Virus genome (UHGV): UHGV-1351569
Reading direction: 5' to 3' (one strand)
Length of the DNA: 64,000 bases
From: a virus
Below the pieces are notes generated by a model. That model made no database searches, was not told the origin of the DNA, and saw only the letters and a program-made list of their open reading frames with translations. Shown in pieces: positions 28,271 to 37,957 of this stretch; positions within the stretch are counted from its first letter, which is position 1; each line of letters opens with the position of its first letter. A program made the translations under genes and the position numbers.

Positions 28271-28530
28271 CTTTTGATGAATTTAAAAATGTTATGATGA
28301 GTCAGCATTTTGAATGTGAAGTAAAAGATGATATTGGGCATAAAGAAATTATTGAATATTGGTTTGAACCGCTAGAGGTTGAAGATAATTGTATTAAAAA
28401 GGTCACGGTCTGCACTGACTGGGCTGTATCTTTTAACTTCAACATTTTAGATAATGACACACCTAAATCATTACAAGATATGGCTGTATCTTGTATTAAG
28501 GATGCATACTGTGAAGTTTTCGACATTTGA
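28267..28530 (+). CDS. hypothetical protein, 87 aa
   Basis: ATGA overlap with gene 47. Confidence 0.5.
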   Translation: MTFDEFKNVMMSQHFECEVKDDIGHKEIIEYWFEPLEVEDNCIKKVTVCTDWAVSFNFNILDNDTPKSLQDMAVSCIKDAYCEVFDI

Positions 28531-28717
28531 CATTAACGATGAATTCATAGCAAATATTGATTACACCGAAGAAGATTCTAGATATGTTGGAATAATTTAT
28601 ATCACATCAAAAGCAGCACAAGGTGTTGTTTGCATGGCTGAATTTGATGAATACTTTTTAGATTATGATGATATGATAGAATGGTCTAAAAGATACATTA
28701 AAAGGAATCTTTTGTGA
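28502..28717 (+). CDS. hypothetical protein, 71 aa
   Basis: ATG at 28502 after aagga RBS; track start 28454 less likely. Confidence 0.45.
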   Translation: MHTVKFSTFDINDEFIANIDYTEEDSRYVGIIYITSKAAQGVVCMAEFDEYFLDYDDMIEWSKRYIKRNLL

Positions 28718-30396
28718 AGAATTTTAAACTAAACCGAGTTAGGTATCAAAATATAATGTCAGTAGGTGGAAATCCTATTGACATTCAATTAGATAAGGTT
28801 CAAAAAACTCTTATTACTGGACGAAATGGCGGTGGTAAGTCTACTATGTTAGAAGCCATCACATTTGGGCTTTTTGGCAAGCCATTTCGTGATGTAAAGA
28901 AAGGTCAATTAATAAACAGCACAAATAAGAAAGAACTTTTAGTTGAACTGTGGATGGAATATGATGAGAAAAAGTACTATATCAAAAGAGGACAAAAACC
29001 AAACGTTTTCGAAATCACCGTTAACGGTACACGTCTTAATGAATCTGCCAGCAGTAAAGATTTCCAAGCAGAATTTGAACAGCTTATCGGAATGTCATAT
29101 GCCAGTTTCAAGCAGATTGTTGTTCTTGGTACAGCAGGGTATACCCCTTTCATGGGTTTGTCGACCCCTGCACGAAGAAAGCTTGTGGAAGACCTGCTTG
29201 AGGTAGGAACATTAGCTGAAATGGATAAGCTTAATAAAGCACTAATACGTGAATTAAATTCACAAAACCAAGTGCTTGATGTTAAAAAAGATAGTATTAT
29301 CCAACAAATTAAAATATATAATGATAACGTTGAACGCCAGAAAAAATTAACTGGTGATAACCTTACTCGTCTGCAGAATATGTATGATGATTTGGCAAAA
29401 GAAGCTAGAACGTTAAAATCGGAAATAGAAGAAGCTAATGAAAGATTAGTTAATATTGTTTTGGATGAAGACCCGACTGATGCATTTAATAAAATCGGTC
29501 AAGAAGCATTTTTGATTAAATCAAAAATTGACTCGTATAATAAAGTCATTAATATGTATCACGAAGGTGGATTATGTCCAACCTGTTTGTCACAATTAAG
29601 TTCCGGCGATAAAGTTGTTTCTAAAATTAAAGATAAAGTTTCTGAATGCACGCATTCGTTTGAACAGCTTTCAACACATCGTGATAATTTAAAAGTTCTT
29701 GTTGATGAATACCGAGATAATATTAAAACCCAACAGTCGTTGGCGAATGATATTCGCAATAAAAAGCAATCTCTAATCACGACTGTAGATAAAGCTAAAA
29801 AAGTTAAAGCGGCTATAGAAAAAGCATCTTCTGAGTTTATTGACCATGCTGATGAAATAGCACTGCTTCAAGAAGAACTTGATAAAATTGTTAAGACAAA
29901 AACTAATTTAGTAATGGAAAAATACCATAGAGGAATTTTGACTGATATGCTCAAAGATTCTGGTATTAAAGGTGCTATTATTAAAAAGTACATTCCATTA
30001 TTTAATAAGCAAATTAACCATTATCTTAAAATAATGGAAGCGGATTATGTGTTTACATTAGATGAAGAATTTAATGAGACAATTAAATCCCGTGGTCGTG
30101 AAGATTTTAGTTATGCTTCATTTAGTCAAGGTGAAAAAGCACGAATTGATATTGCTCTTTTATTTACTTGGCGTGATATTGCTGAAAAAGTTTCAGGTGT
30201 TAAAATAAACACACTAATTCTTGATGAAGTTTTTGATTCAGCAACCGATGTTGAAGGTGTAAAAGCTATTTCAACTATTTTAGATAGTTTAAAAAATACT
30301 AATGTTTTTGTTATTTCACATAGAGACCATGACCCACAGGCATATGGTCAGCATCTCCAAATGAAGAAAGTTGGTCGATTTACTGTAATGGTTTAA
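28714..30396 (+). CDS. 46: recombination ATPase gp46 (Rad50/SbcC-like)
   Basis: 560 aa; Walker A GRNGGGKST; central coiled coil with CPTC zinc hook; C-terminal LILDEVFD. Confidence 0.92.
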   Translation: MKNFKLNRVRYQNIMSVGGNPIDIQLDKVQKTLITGRNGGGKSTMLEAITFGLFGKPFRDVKKGQLINSTNKKELLVELWMEYDEKKYYIKRGQKPNVFEITVNGTRLNESASSKDFQAEFEQLIGMSYASFKQIVVLGTAGYTPFMGLSTPARRKLVEDLLEVGTLAEMDKLNKALIRELNSQNQVLDVKKDSIIQQIKIYNDNVERQKKLTGDNLTRLQNMYDDLAKEARTLKSEIEEANERLVNIVLDEDPTDAFNKIGQEAFLIKSKIDSYNKVINMYHEGGLCPTCLSQLSSGDKVVSKIKDKVSECTHSFEQLSTHRDNLKVLVDEYRDNIKTQQSLANDIRNKKQSLITTVDKAKKVKAAIEKASSEFIDHADEIALLQEELDKIVKTKTNLVMEKYHRGILTDMLKDSGIKGAIIKKYIPLFNKQINHYLKIMEADYVFTLDEEFNETIKSRGREDFSYASFSQGEKARIDIALLFTWRDIAEKVSGVKINTLILDEVFDSATDVEGVKAISTILDSLKNTNVFVISHRDHDPQAYGQHLQMKKVGRFTVMV

Positions 30397-30408
30397 TTTA
30401 TTAGAGAT

Positions 30409-30434
30409 TATGCTTTAATTTATTAGAGTATAAT
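30409..30434 (+). promoter_or_regulatory. MotA-dependent middle promoter
   Basis: TGCTTTA 30411-30417, 11-bp spacer, TATAAT 30429-30434. Confidence 0.55.
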
Positions 30435-30451
30435 CTCTATGGAGGAAAAAC

Positions 30452-30640
30452 ATGGAATATTCAACTGGACAGCATCTATTAACTATTCCTGAAATAAAAC
30501 GATATATTCTGAGAAATAATTTTTCTAATGAAGAGCATATAGTTACTGAATCTATGCTTAAGAATGCATTTAAATCAGAATATACGAAAATAATGTCCAA
30601 CAGGAATGAAGCTTGGACTGTTACTGATTATTATGACTAA
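30452..30640 (+). CDS. hypothetical protein, 62 aa
   Basis: ggagg RBS. Confidence 0.5.
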   Translation: MEYSTGQHLLTIPEIKRYILRNNFSNEEHIVTESMLKNAFKSEYTKIMSNRNEAWTVTDYYD

Positions 30641-30649
30641 AGGTGTATT

Positions 30650-31039
30650 ATGACTAAAATTACTGTGAATTATACTGTTGATGTAAAAGATATTCAGCCA
30701 AAACACGTGCGTTCTGAATCAAATCCACAAAACCAAAATAAAATTCGTCGAGCATGGGTTTTGTCTCTTTCTGATAATGCAATGGAAGTTATTCAGAACA
30801 AAATTAAATCTGCACCTGCTCGTCATGCGTATTATGAAGCTATTGATCGTGAAGTGAGTGATAAATGGATTGAACTGATGCGCAAACATACGGCAGAATC
30901 TCTAAACGCTGGTGCCAAATTTATTATGACTTCATGTGGTGAACGCCTTGAAGATGATTACTGCGGTAATGCAGATGAACGTCTAATTGTTGCTGCTCAA
31001 ATTGTTGCTGAAACAATTGCTGCTGATTTTAATCGTTAA
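30650..31039 (+). CDS. rpbA: RNA polymerase-binding protein RpbA
   Basis: 129 aa, size and position between 46 and 45 as in T4. Confidence 0.75.
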   Translation: MTKITVNYTVDVKDIQPKHVRSESNPQNQNKIRRAWVLSLSDNAMEVIQNKIKSAPARHAYYEAIDREVSDKWIELMRKHTAESLNAGAKFIMTSCGERLEDDYCGNADERLIVAAQIVAETIAADFNR

Positions 31040-31065
31040 TTGCTTTATTAAATTAGTTATAAAAT
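31039..31065 (+). promoter_or_regulatory. MotA-dependent middle promoter upstream of gene 45
   Basis: TGCTTTA 31041-31047, ~12-bp spacer, TAAAAT. Confidence 0.5.
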
Positions 31066-31094
31066 TAAATCTCATTTGAATTGAAGGAAATTAC

Positions 31095-31781
31095 ATGAAA
31101 CTGTCTAAAGATACTACTGCTCTGCTTAAAAATTTCGCTACTATTAACTCTGGTATTATGCTTAAATCCGGTCAATTTATTATGACTCGCGCAGTTAATG
31201 GTACAACTTATGCGGAAGCAAATATTTCTGACACTATTGATTTTGATGTAGCGATTTACGATTTGAACGGTTTTCTCGGTATTCTGTCTCTAGTTAATGA
31301 CGATGCAGAAATTTCCCAGTCAGAAGATGGAAATATTAAAATTGCTGATGCCCGTTCAACAATTTTTTGGCCAGCAGCTGATCCGAGTACAGTAGTTGCT
31401 CCTAATAAACCAATTCCATTCCCGGTAGCATCTGTTGTTACCGAAATTAAAGCTGAAGACCTTCAACAGCTGTTGCGTGTATCTCGCGGTCTGCAGATTG
31501 ATACAATTGCTATCACAGTAAAAGAAGGTAAAATTGTAATTAACGGTTTTAACAAAGTAGAAGATTCTGCTTTGACCCGTGTTAAATATTCTTTGACTCT
31601 TGGTGATTATGATGGTGAAAATACATTTAATTTCATTATCAATATGGCAAATATGAAAATGCAACCAGGAAATTATAAACTTCTTCTCTGGGCAAAAGGT
31701 AAACAAGGCGCTGCTAAATTTGAAGGTGAACATGCGAATTATGTAGTAGCTCTTGAAGCTGATTCTACCCACGATTTTTAA
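31095..31781 (+). CDS. 45: sliding clamp gp45
   Basis: 228 aa; matches recalled T4 gp45. Confidence 0.93.
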   Translation: MKLSKDTTALLKNFATINSGIMLKSGQFIMTRAVNGTTYAEANISDTIDFDVAIYDLNGFLGILSLVNDDAEISQSEDGNIKIADARSTIFWPAADPSTVVAPNKPIPFPVASVVTEIKAEDLQQLLRVSRGLQIDTIAITVKEGKIVINGFNKVEDSALTRVKYSLTLGDYDGENTFNFIINMANMKMQPGNYKLLLWAKGKQGAAKFEGEHANYVVALEADSTHDF

Positions 31782-31783
31782 TA

Positions 31784-31801
31784 AAGGGCTTCGGCCCTTT
31801 A
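31784..31801 (+). terminator. terminator-like UUCG hairpin
   Basis: gggc-ttcg-gccc then ttta. Confidence 0.45.
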
Positions 31802-31832
31802 TAATTTACACTAAAACTTGAATGAGGAAATT

Positions 31833-32792
31833 ATGATTACTGTAAATGAAAAAGAACACATTCTTGAACAGAAATATCGTCCATCTACTATCGATGAATG
31901 TATTCTTCCCGCCTTTGATAAAGAAACCTTTAAATCTATTACAAGTAAAGGTAAAATTCCACATATTATTCTTCATTCTCCTTCTCCAGGAACAGGTAAA
32001 ACAACCGTAGCAAAAGCATTGTGTCATGATGTAAATGCTGATATGATGTTTGTGAATGGATCAGACTGTAAAATTGATTTCGTTCGTGGTCCTTTGACTA
32101 ATTTTGCTAGTGCAGCTTCATTTGATGGTCGTCAAAAAGTAATCGTTATTGATGAATTTGACCGTTCAGGGTTAGCAGAGTCTCAGCGACATCTTCGTTC
32201 CTTTATGGAAGCTTATAGTTCAAACTGTAGTATTATTATTACTGCTAACAATATTGATGGTATTATTAAACCGCTTCAGTCACGCTGTCGAGTTATTACA
32301 TTCGGTCAACCGACCGATGAAGATAAAATTGAAATGATGAAGCAGATGATTCGTCGATTGACTGAAATCTGCAAGCATGAAGGAATTGCTATAGCTGATA
32401 TGAAAGTTGTAGCAGCTTTGGTTAAAAAGAATTTTCCTGATTTTCGTAAAACTATTGGCGAGCTCGATAGTTATTCATCTAAAGGTGTTTTGGATGCTGG
32501 TATTTTATCACTGGTTACTAACGATCGTGGTGCTATTGATGATGTTCTTGAGTCTCTCAAAAATAAAGATGTTAAACAACTCAGAGCTTTAGCACCAAAA
32601 TATGCAGCTGATTATTCGTGGTTCGTAGGTAAACTTGCCGAAGAAATCTATACACGCGTAACTCCGCAAAGTATTATTCGTATGTATGAAATTGTTGGTG
32701 AAAATAACCAGTATCATGGAATTGCGGCTAATACTGAATTACATTTAGCATATCTTTTCATTCAATTGGCATGTGAAATGCAGTGGAAGTGA
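31833..32792 (+). CDS. 44: clamp loader large subunit gp44 (AAA+)
   Basis: 319 aa from ATG 31833; Walker [11 protein letters not shown], Walker B VIVIDEFD. Confidence 0.93.
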   Translation: MITVNEKEHILEQKYRPSTIDECILPAFDKETFKSITSKGKIPHIILHSPSPGTGKTTVAKALCHDVNADMMFVNGSDCKIDFVRGPLTNFASAASFDGRQKVIVIDEFDRSGLAESQRHLRSFMEAYSSNCSIIITANNIDGIIKPLQSRCRVITFGQPTDEDKIEMMKQMIRRLTEICKHEGIAIADMKVVAALVKKNFPDFRKTIGELDSYSSKGVLDAGILSLVTNDRGAIDDVLESLKNKDVKQLRALAPKYAADYSWFVGKLAEEIYTRVTPQSIIRMYEIVGENNQYHGIAANTELHLAYLFIQLACEMQWK

Positions 32793-32793
32793 T

Positions 32794-33357
32794 ATGAGCT
32801 TATTTCAAGATGATATTCAATTAAACGAGCATCAAGTTGCTTGGTATTCAAAAGATTGGACAGCTGTCCAATCCGCTGCTGATTCTTTTAAAGAAAAAGC
32901 TGAAAATGAATTTTTTGAAATAATTGGAGCTATTAATAATAAAACTAAATGCTCTATTGCTCAAAAAGATTATTCAAAATACATGGTTGAGAATGCATTA
33001 TCACAATTTCCTGAATGCATGCCAGCTGTATATGCTATGAATTTAATTGGATCAGGTTTAAGCGATGAAGCCCATTTTAATTACCTGATGGCTGCTGTTC
33101 CTCGGGGTAAAAGATATGGTAAATGGGCAAAACTGGTCGAAGATTCTACTGAAGTATTGATTATTAAGTTACTTGCTAGGCGGTATCAAGTTAATACAAA
33201 TGATGCAATTAACTATAAATCAATTCTTACTAAAAATGGAAAACTTCCTTTAGTATTAAAAGAACTAAAAGGTTTAGTCACGGATGATTTTTTAAAAGAA
33301 GTGACTAAGAATGTAAAAGAACAGAAACAACTCAAAAAACTAGCATTGGAATGGTAA
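32794..33357 (+). CDS. 62: clamp loader small subunit gp62
   Basis: 187 aa from ATG 32794, immediately after gene 44 stop. Confidence 0.88.
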   Translation: MSLFQDDIQLNEHQVAWYSKDWTAVQSAADSFKEKAENEFFEIIGAINNKTKCSIAQKDYSKYMVENALSQFPECMPAVYAMNLIGSGLSDEAHFNYLMAAVPRGKRYGKWAKLVEDSTEVLIIKLLARRYQVNTNDAINYKSILTKNGKLPLVLKELKGLVTDDFLKEVTKNVKEQKQLKKLALEW

Positions 33358-33358
33358 A

Positions 33359-33727
33359 ATGATTGAAATTACTCTTAAAAAACCTGAAGATTTTCTGAAA
33401 GTAAAAGAAACTTTGACTCGTATGGGAATTGCTAATAATAAAGATAAAGTTCTGTATCAGTCCTGTCATATTCTTCAGAAAAAAGGACTATACTATATCG
33501 TTCATTTTAAAGAAATGCTTCGTATGGATGGTCGTCAAGTTGAAATGACAGAAGAAGATGAAGTTCGTCGTGATTCGATTGCATGGTTGTTAGAAGATTG
33601 GGGACTGATTGAAATCGTTCCTGGTCAAAGAACTTTTATGAAAGATTTAACTAATAACTTCCGAGTTATTTCTTTTAAACAAAAACATGAATGGAAACTC
33701 GTTCCTAAATATACGATTGGTAATTAA
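33359..33727 (+). CDS. regA: translational repressor RegA
   Basis: 122 aa; matches recalled T4 RegA. Confidence 0.9.
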   Translation: MIEITLKKPEDFLKVKETLTRMGIANNKDKVLYQSCHILQKKGLYYIVHFKEMLRMDGRQVEMTEEDEVRRDSIAWLLEDWGLIEIVPGQRTFMKDLTNNFRVISFKQKHEWKLVPKYTIGN

Positions 33728-33728
33728 T

Positions 33729-33950
33729 ATGACTGCTATAACTCCACAAGAATACATGGCGTCTCTTAAAGAAAAATATAATCTTTCTGCAACAGAAACA
33801 CTTTTCGATTTACCAGAAAACCTTCAACTAAAATTTCAGGTAGAATTTCAAAAATTAATTCACCCAGAACAAAAACACTTTACTGCGGTCGTTAAGTCAA
33901 TTAATGCAGATGGAATGACAATTTTTCACCGACAAATAGTACTAATTTAA
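33729..33950 (+). CDS. hypothetical protein, 73 aa
   Basis: ATG at 33729 after regA stop; track start 33687 overlaps regA. Confidence 0.45.
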   Translation: MTAITPQEYMASLKEKYNLSATETLFDLPENLQLKFQVEFQKLIHPEQKHFTAVVKSINADGMTIFHRQIVLI

Positions 33951-33953
33951 GCA

Positions 33954-33973
33954 AGGGGCTTCGGCCCCTTATT
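33954..33973 (+). terminator. rho-independent terminator
   Basis: ggggc-ttcg-gcccc then ttattt. Confidence 0.55.
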
Positions 33974-33992
33974 TGGAGTATAATATATCAAG

Positions 33993-34028
33993 AGCCTAAT
34001 AACTCGGGCTATAAACTAAGGAATATCT
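33993..34028 (+). promoter_or_regulatory. gene 43 translational operator (hairpin + RBS)
   Basis: agcc-TAATAACTCG-ggct hairpin followed by aaggaatatctATG. Confidence 0.6.
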
Positions 34029-36725
34029 ATGAAAGAATTTTATATCTCTATCGAAACAGTCGGAAATAACATTGTTGAACGTTATATTGATGAAAACGGA
34101 AAGGAACGTACTCGTGAAGTAGAATATCTTCCGACTATGTTTAGACATTGTAAGGAAGAGTCAAAATACAAAGACATCTATGGTAAAAATTGTGCTCCTC
34201 AAAAATTTCCATCAATGAAAGATGCACGAGATTGGATGAAGCGGATGGAAGACATCGGTCTCGAAGCTCTCGGTATGAACGATTTTAAACTCGCTTATAT
34301 CAGTGATACATATGGTTCAGAAATTGTTTATGACCGAAAATTTGTTCGTGTAGCTAACTGTGACATTGAGGTTACTGGTGATAAATTTCCTGACCCAATG
34401 AAAGCAGAATATGAAATTGATGCTATCACTCATTATGATTCAATTGACGATCGTTTTTATGTTTTCGACCTTTTGAATTCAATGTACGGTTCAGTATCAA
34501 AATGGGATGCAAAGTTAGCTGCTAAGCTTGACTGTGAAGGTGGTGATGAAGTTCCTCAAGAAATTCTTGACCGAGTAATTTATATGCCATTTGATAATGA
34601 GCGTGATATGCTCATGGAATATATTAATCTCTGGGAACAGAAACGACCTGCTATTTTTACTGGTTGGAATATTGAGGGATTTGACGTTCCGTATATCATG
34701 AATCGTGTTAAAATGATTCTAGGCGAACGCAGTATGAAACGTTTCTCTCCAATCGGTCGAGTAAAATCTAAACTAATTCAAAATATGTACGGCAGCAAAG
34801 AAATTTATTCTATTGATGGCGTATCTATTCTTGATTATTTAGATTTGTACAAGAAATTCGCTTTTACTAATTTGCCGTCATTCTCTTTGGAATCAGTTGC
34901 TCAACATGAAACCAAAAAAGGTAAATTGCCGTACGATGGTCCTATTAATAAACTTCGTGAGACTAATCATCAACGATACATTAGTTATAACATCATTGAC
35001 GTAGAATCAGTTCAAGCAATTGATAAAATTCGTGGGTTTATCGATCTAGTTTTAAGTATGTCTTATTACGCTAAAATGCCTTTTTCTGGTGTAATGAGTC
35101 CTATTAAAACTTGGGATGCTATTATTTTTAACTCGTTGAAAGGTGAACATAAGGTTATTCCTCAACAAGGTTCGCACGTTAAGCAGAGTTTTCCAGGCGC
35201 ATTTGTGTTTGAACCTAAACCGATTGCTCGTCGATACATTATGAGTTTTGACTTGACGTCTCTGTATCCTAGCATTATTCGTCAGGTTAACATTAGTCCT
35301 GAGACTATTCGTGGACAGTTCAAAGTTCATCCAATTCATGAATATATCGCAGGAACAGCTCCTAAGCCAAGTGATGAATATTCTTGTTCTCCGAATGGAT
35401 GGATGTATGATAAGCACCAAGAAGGTATTATTCCAAAGGAAATCGCTAAAGTATTTTTCCAGCGTAAAGACTGGAAAAAGAAAATGTTCGCGGAAGAAAT
35501 GAATGCCGAAGCTATTAAAAAGATTATTATGAAAGGTGCAGGGTCTTGCTCAACTAAACCAGAAGTTGAACGATATGTTAAGTTCAATGATGATTTCTTA
35601 AACGAATTATCGAATTACACCGAATCTGTTCTTAATAGTCTGATCGAAGAATGTGAAAAAGCAGCTACACTTGCTAACACAAATCAGCTGAACCGTAAAA
35701 TTCTTATCAACAGTCTTTATGGTGCTCTTGGTAATATTCATTTCCGTTACTATGATTTGCGAAATGCTACTGCTATCACAATTTTTGGTCAAGTCGGTAT
35801 TCAGTGGATTGCTCGTAAAATTAATGAATATCTGAATAAAGTATGCGGAACTAATGGTGAAGATTTCATCGCAGCAGGTGATACTGATTCAGTATATGTT
35901 TGTGTAGATAAAGTTATTGAAAAAGTAGGTCTTGACCGCTTTAAAGAACAAAATGATTTAGTTGAATTCATGAATCAGTTTGGTAAGAAAAAGATGGAAC
36001 CTATGATTGATGTTGCATATCGTGAGTTATGTGATTATATGAATAACCGCGAGCATCTGATGCATATGGACCGTGAAGCTATTTCTTGCCCTCCGCTTGG
36101 TTCAAAGGGTGTTGGTGGATTTTGGAAAGCGAAAAAACGTTATGCTCTGAACGTTTATGATATGGAAGATAAGCGATTTGCTGAACCGCATCTAAAAATC
36201 ATGGGTATGGAAACTCAGCAGAGTTCAACGCCAAAAGCAGTACAAGAAGCTCTCGAAGAAAGTATTCGTCGCATTCTTCAGGAAGGCGAAGAGTCTGTCC
36301 AAGAATACTATAAGAACTTTGAGAAAGAATATCGTCAACTTGATTATAAAGTTATTGCTGAAGTAAAAACTGCGAACGATATAGCGAAATATGATGATAA
36401 AGGTTGGCCAGGGTTTAAATGCCCGTTCCATATTCGTGGTGTACTAACTTATCGTCGAGCTGTTAGTGGTTTAGGTGTAGCTCCAATTTTGGATGGAAAT
36501 AAGGTAATGGTTCTTCCGTTACGTGAGGGAAATCCATTTGGTGACAAGTGCATTGCTTGGCCATCGGGTACGGAACTTCCAAAAGAAATTCGTTCTGACG
36601 TACTGTCTTGGATTGACTACTCAACTTTGTTCCAAAAATCGTTTGTTAAACCACTTGCGGGCATGTGTGAATCGGCAGGTATGGACTATGAGGAAAAAGC
36701 TTCGTTAGACTTCCTGTTTAGCTGA
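34029..36725 (+). CDS. 43: DNA polymerase gp43 (family B, with 3'-5' exonuclease)
   Basis: 898 aa; exo motif VANCDIEV, polymerase motifs SLYPS and YGDTDS. Confidence 0.97.
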   Translation: MKEFYISIETVGNNIVERYIDENGKERTREVEYLPTMFRHCKEESKYKDIYGKNCAPQKFPSMKDARDWMKRMEDIGLEALGMNDFKLAYISDTYGSEIVYDRKFVRVANCDIEVTGDKFPDPMKAEYEIDAITHYDSIDDRFYVFDLLNSMYGSVSKWDAKLAAKLDCEGGDEVPQEILDRVIYMPFDNERDMLMEYINLWEQKRPAIFTGWNIEGFDVPYIMNRVKMILGERSMKRFSPIGRVKSKLIQNMYGSKEIYSIDGVSILDYLDLYKKFAFTNLPSFSLESVAQHETKKGKLPYDGPINKLRETNHQRYISYNIIDVESVQAIDKIRGFIDLVLSMSYYAKMPFSGVMSPIKTWDAIIFNSLKGEHKVIPQQGSHVKQSFPGAFVFEPKPIARRYIMSFDLTSLYPSIIRQVNISPETIRGQFKVHPIHEYIAGTAPKPSDEYSCSPNGWMYDKHQEGIIPKEIAKVFFQRKDWKKKMFAEEMNAEAIKKIIMKGAGSCSTKPEVERYVKFNDDFLNELSNYTESVLNSLIEECEKAATLANTNQLNRKILINSLYGALGNIHFRYYDLRNATAITIFGQVGIQWIARKINEYLNKVCGTNGEDFIAAGDTDSVYVCVDKVIEKVGLDRFKEQNDLVEFMNQFGKKKMEPMIDVAYRELCDYMNNREHLMHMDREAISCPPLGSKGVGGFWKAKKRYALNVYDMEDKRFAEPHLKIMGMETQQSSTPKAVQEALEESIRRILQEGEESVQEYYKNFEKEYRQLDYKVIAEVKTANDIAKYDDKGWPGFKCPFHIRGVLTYRRAVSGLGVAPILDGNKVMVLPLREGNPFGDKCIAWPSGTELPKEIRSDVLSWIDYSTLFQKSFVKPLAGMCESAGMDYEEKASLDFLFS

Positions 36726-36737
36726 TAGAATAAATCT

Positions 36738-36760
36738 AGGGACCTCCGGGTCCCTTTTTC
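36738..36760 (+). terminator. rho-independent terminator
   Basis: gggacc-tccg-ggtccc then ttttt. Confidence 0.65.
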
Positions 36761-36842
36761 ATATAAGTAATATAAATCTATACTTATGAAAAAGAGATGA
36801 TTCTGGACCTTTTGGATTCATTAAAAATTTTTTCACAAAACT

Positions 36843-36872
36843 GTTTACATCTCTGTTCTTCCATGGTACTAT
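36843..36872 (+). promoter_or_regulatory. T4-type early promoter with conserved leader (PeSL-like cassette)
   Basis: GTTTAC, 18-bp spacer, TACTAT, leader acaactatcaactacggaggaacagaaaATG. Confidence 0.5.
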
Positions 36873-36900
36873 ACAACTATCAACTACGGAGGAACAGAAA

Positions 36901-37152
36901 ATGAAAAATATTCAAACTAATTTTATTCAAAATTTAAAAGTTGTTAACGCAGAAAAAGCGAATAAACTTTTTAAAGTTAAAGAATTTGAAAATGAAGGTA
37001 ACACTTACGGTATTATAGAACAAAATGGAATGGTGACTGGATTAGAAATTTATAATGGTAAAGGAAAATTTCAGTCACAGCCAATTTCTGTTATGGGTGT
37101 AAGAAAAGGAATTAAAACTGAAGATGCTTTAAAGTTATTTGTTAAGTTTTAA
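36901..37152 (+). CDS. hypothetical protein, 83 aa
   Basis: ORF downstream of conserved leader. Confidence 0.55.
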   Translation: MKNIQTNFIQNLKVVNAEKANKLFKVKEFENEGNTYGIIEQNGMVTGLEIYNGKGKFQSQPISVMGVRKGIKTEDALKLFVKF

Positions 37153-37164
37153 GAGGAAATTATT

Positions 37165-37545
37165 ATGAAAATCGCTATTTTGGTTATTGCATTAGGTCTT
37201 ACTGGTTGTGTAGCTCAAGGACCGGTAGTAAATCAGTCTGATGTAGGAAAAATTGTAAACTGTTCAAGCAAGTTTTATAATCCTAATGTCAAGTGTTATA
37301 AAGAAGCTCCAAAACAGACAGTAGAACAAATGCAGGCGAATTTTGACGAAGCTATTCGTCCAGATGAATCTGCTCAAGCATATCGTAATTCGGATGTAAT
37401 TACACGCGAAGAAAAAATTGAAAACTACTGCGCAGAACTTTGGGCAAATTGGGCTAATAATTACCAATGGCGTACTGGTAAAAATGCTCCGATGGAGTAT
37501 GTAGTGAATTCTTATAATTCATGTGTAAAAAATTTGACTAAGTGA
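37165..37545 (+). CDS. putative lipoprotein, 126 aa
   Basis: Signal peptide with lipobox LGLTGC at residues 11-16. Confidence 0.6.
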   Translation: MKIAILVIALGLTGCVAQGPVVNQSDVGKIVNCSSKFYNPNVKCYKEAPKQTVEQMQANFDEAIRPDESAQAYRNSDVITREEKIENYCAELWANWANNYQWRTGKNAPMEYVVNSYNSCVKNLTK

Positions 37546-37552
37546 GGAAAAC

Positions 37553-37804
37553 ATGGAAACTTTAGTAGCAGGTTCAATTTTTATGGTTTTAGTTTCAGGT
37601 GTGTTGGCTATTATTATATACATGCTTCCATGGTTTATCGCCTTGATGCGTGGGTCAAAATCGACAGTAGGAATCTTTTTCACATCTTTACTGTTTAACT
37701 GGTCAATTATTGGTTGGTTTATTACATTTATTTGGTCAATTGCAGGTGAAACTAAAAAGTCTGCACAGCCAAATCAGGTAATTATCATCAGAGAGAAGGA
37801 ATGA
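37553..37804 (+). CDS. imm: superinfection immunity protein Imm
   Basis: 83 aa, two TM helices, position before gene 42. Confidence 0.8.
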   Translation: METLVAGSIFMVLVSGVLAIIIYMLPWFIALMRGSKSTVGIFFTSLLFNWSIIGWFITFIWSIAGETKKSAQPNQVIIIREKE

Positions 37805-37950
37805 AAAGCAAAATTATAACAGTGTTGCTTTTAATCTTGATGATTATAATAAGTATATACTATAGTGTAACGGTTCCTCTTATGATTCCAACTATTATTT
37901 TAGGTTGGGGTTTATTACTGTTACAAGTTAAATATGAATGTATCAATTGA
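37801..37950 (+). CDS. small membrane protein, 49 aa (below track cutoff)
   Basis: Hand-translated; aATGa overlap with imm stop; strongly hydrophobic. Confidence 0.4.
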   Translation: MKSKIITVLLLILMIIISIYYSVTVPLMIPTIILGWGLLLLQVKYECIN

Positions 37951-37957
37951 GGTTTAA

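Noticed and set aside
31356-31772. 138-aa minus-strand ORF antisense to gene 45
   Set aside because: Lies entirely within the well-supported sliding-clamp gene on the other strand, has no RBS, and is a typical antisense shadow ORF in AT-rich sequence
35052-35420. 122-aa minus-strand ORF inside gene 43
   Set aside because: Antisense to DNA polymerase coding sequence; no RBS or promoter; shadow ORF
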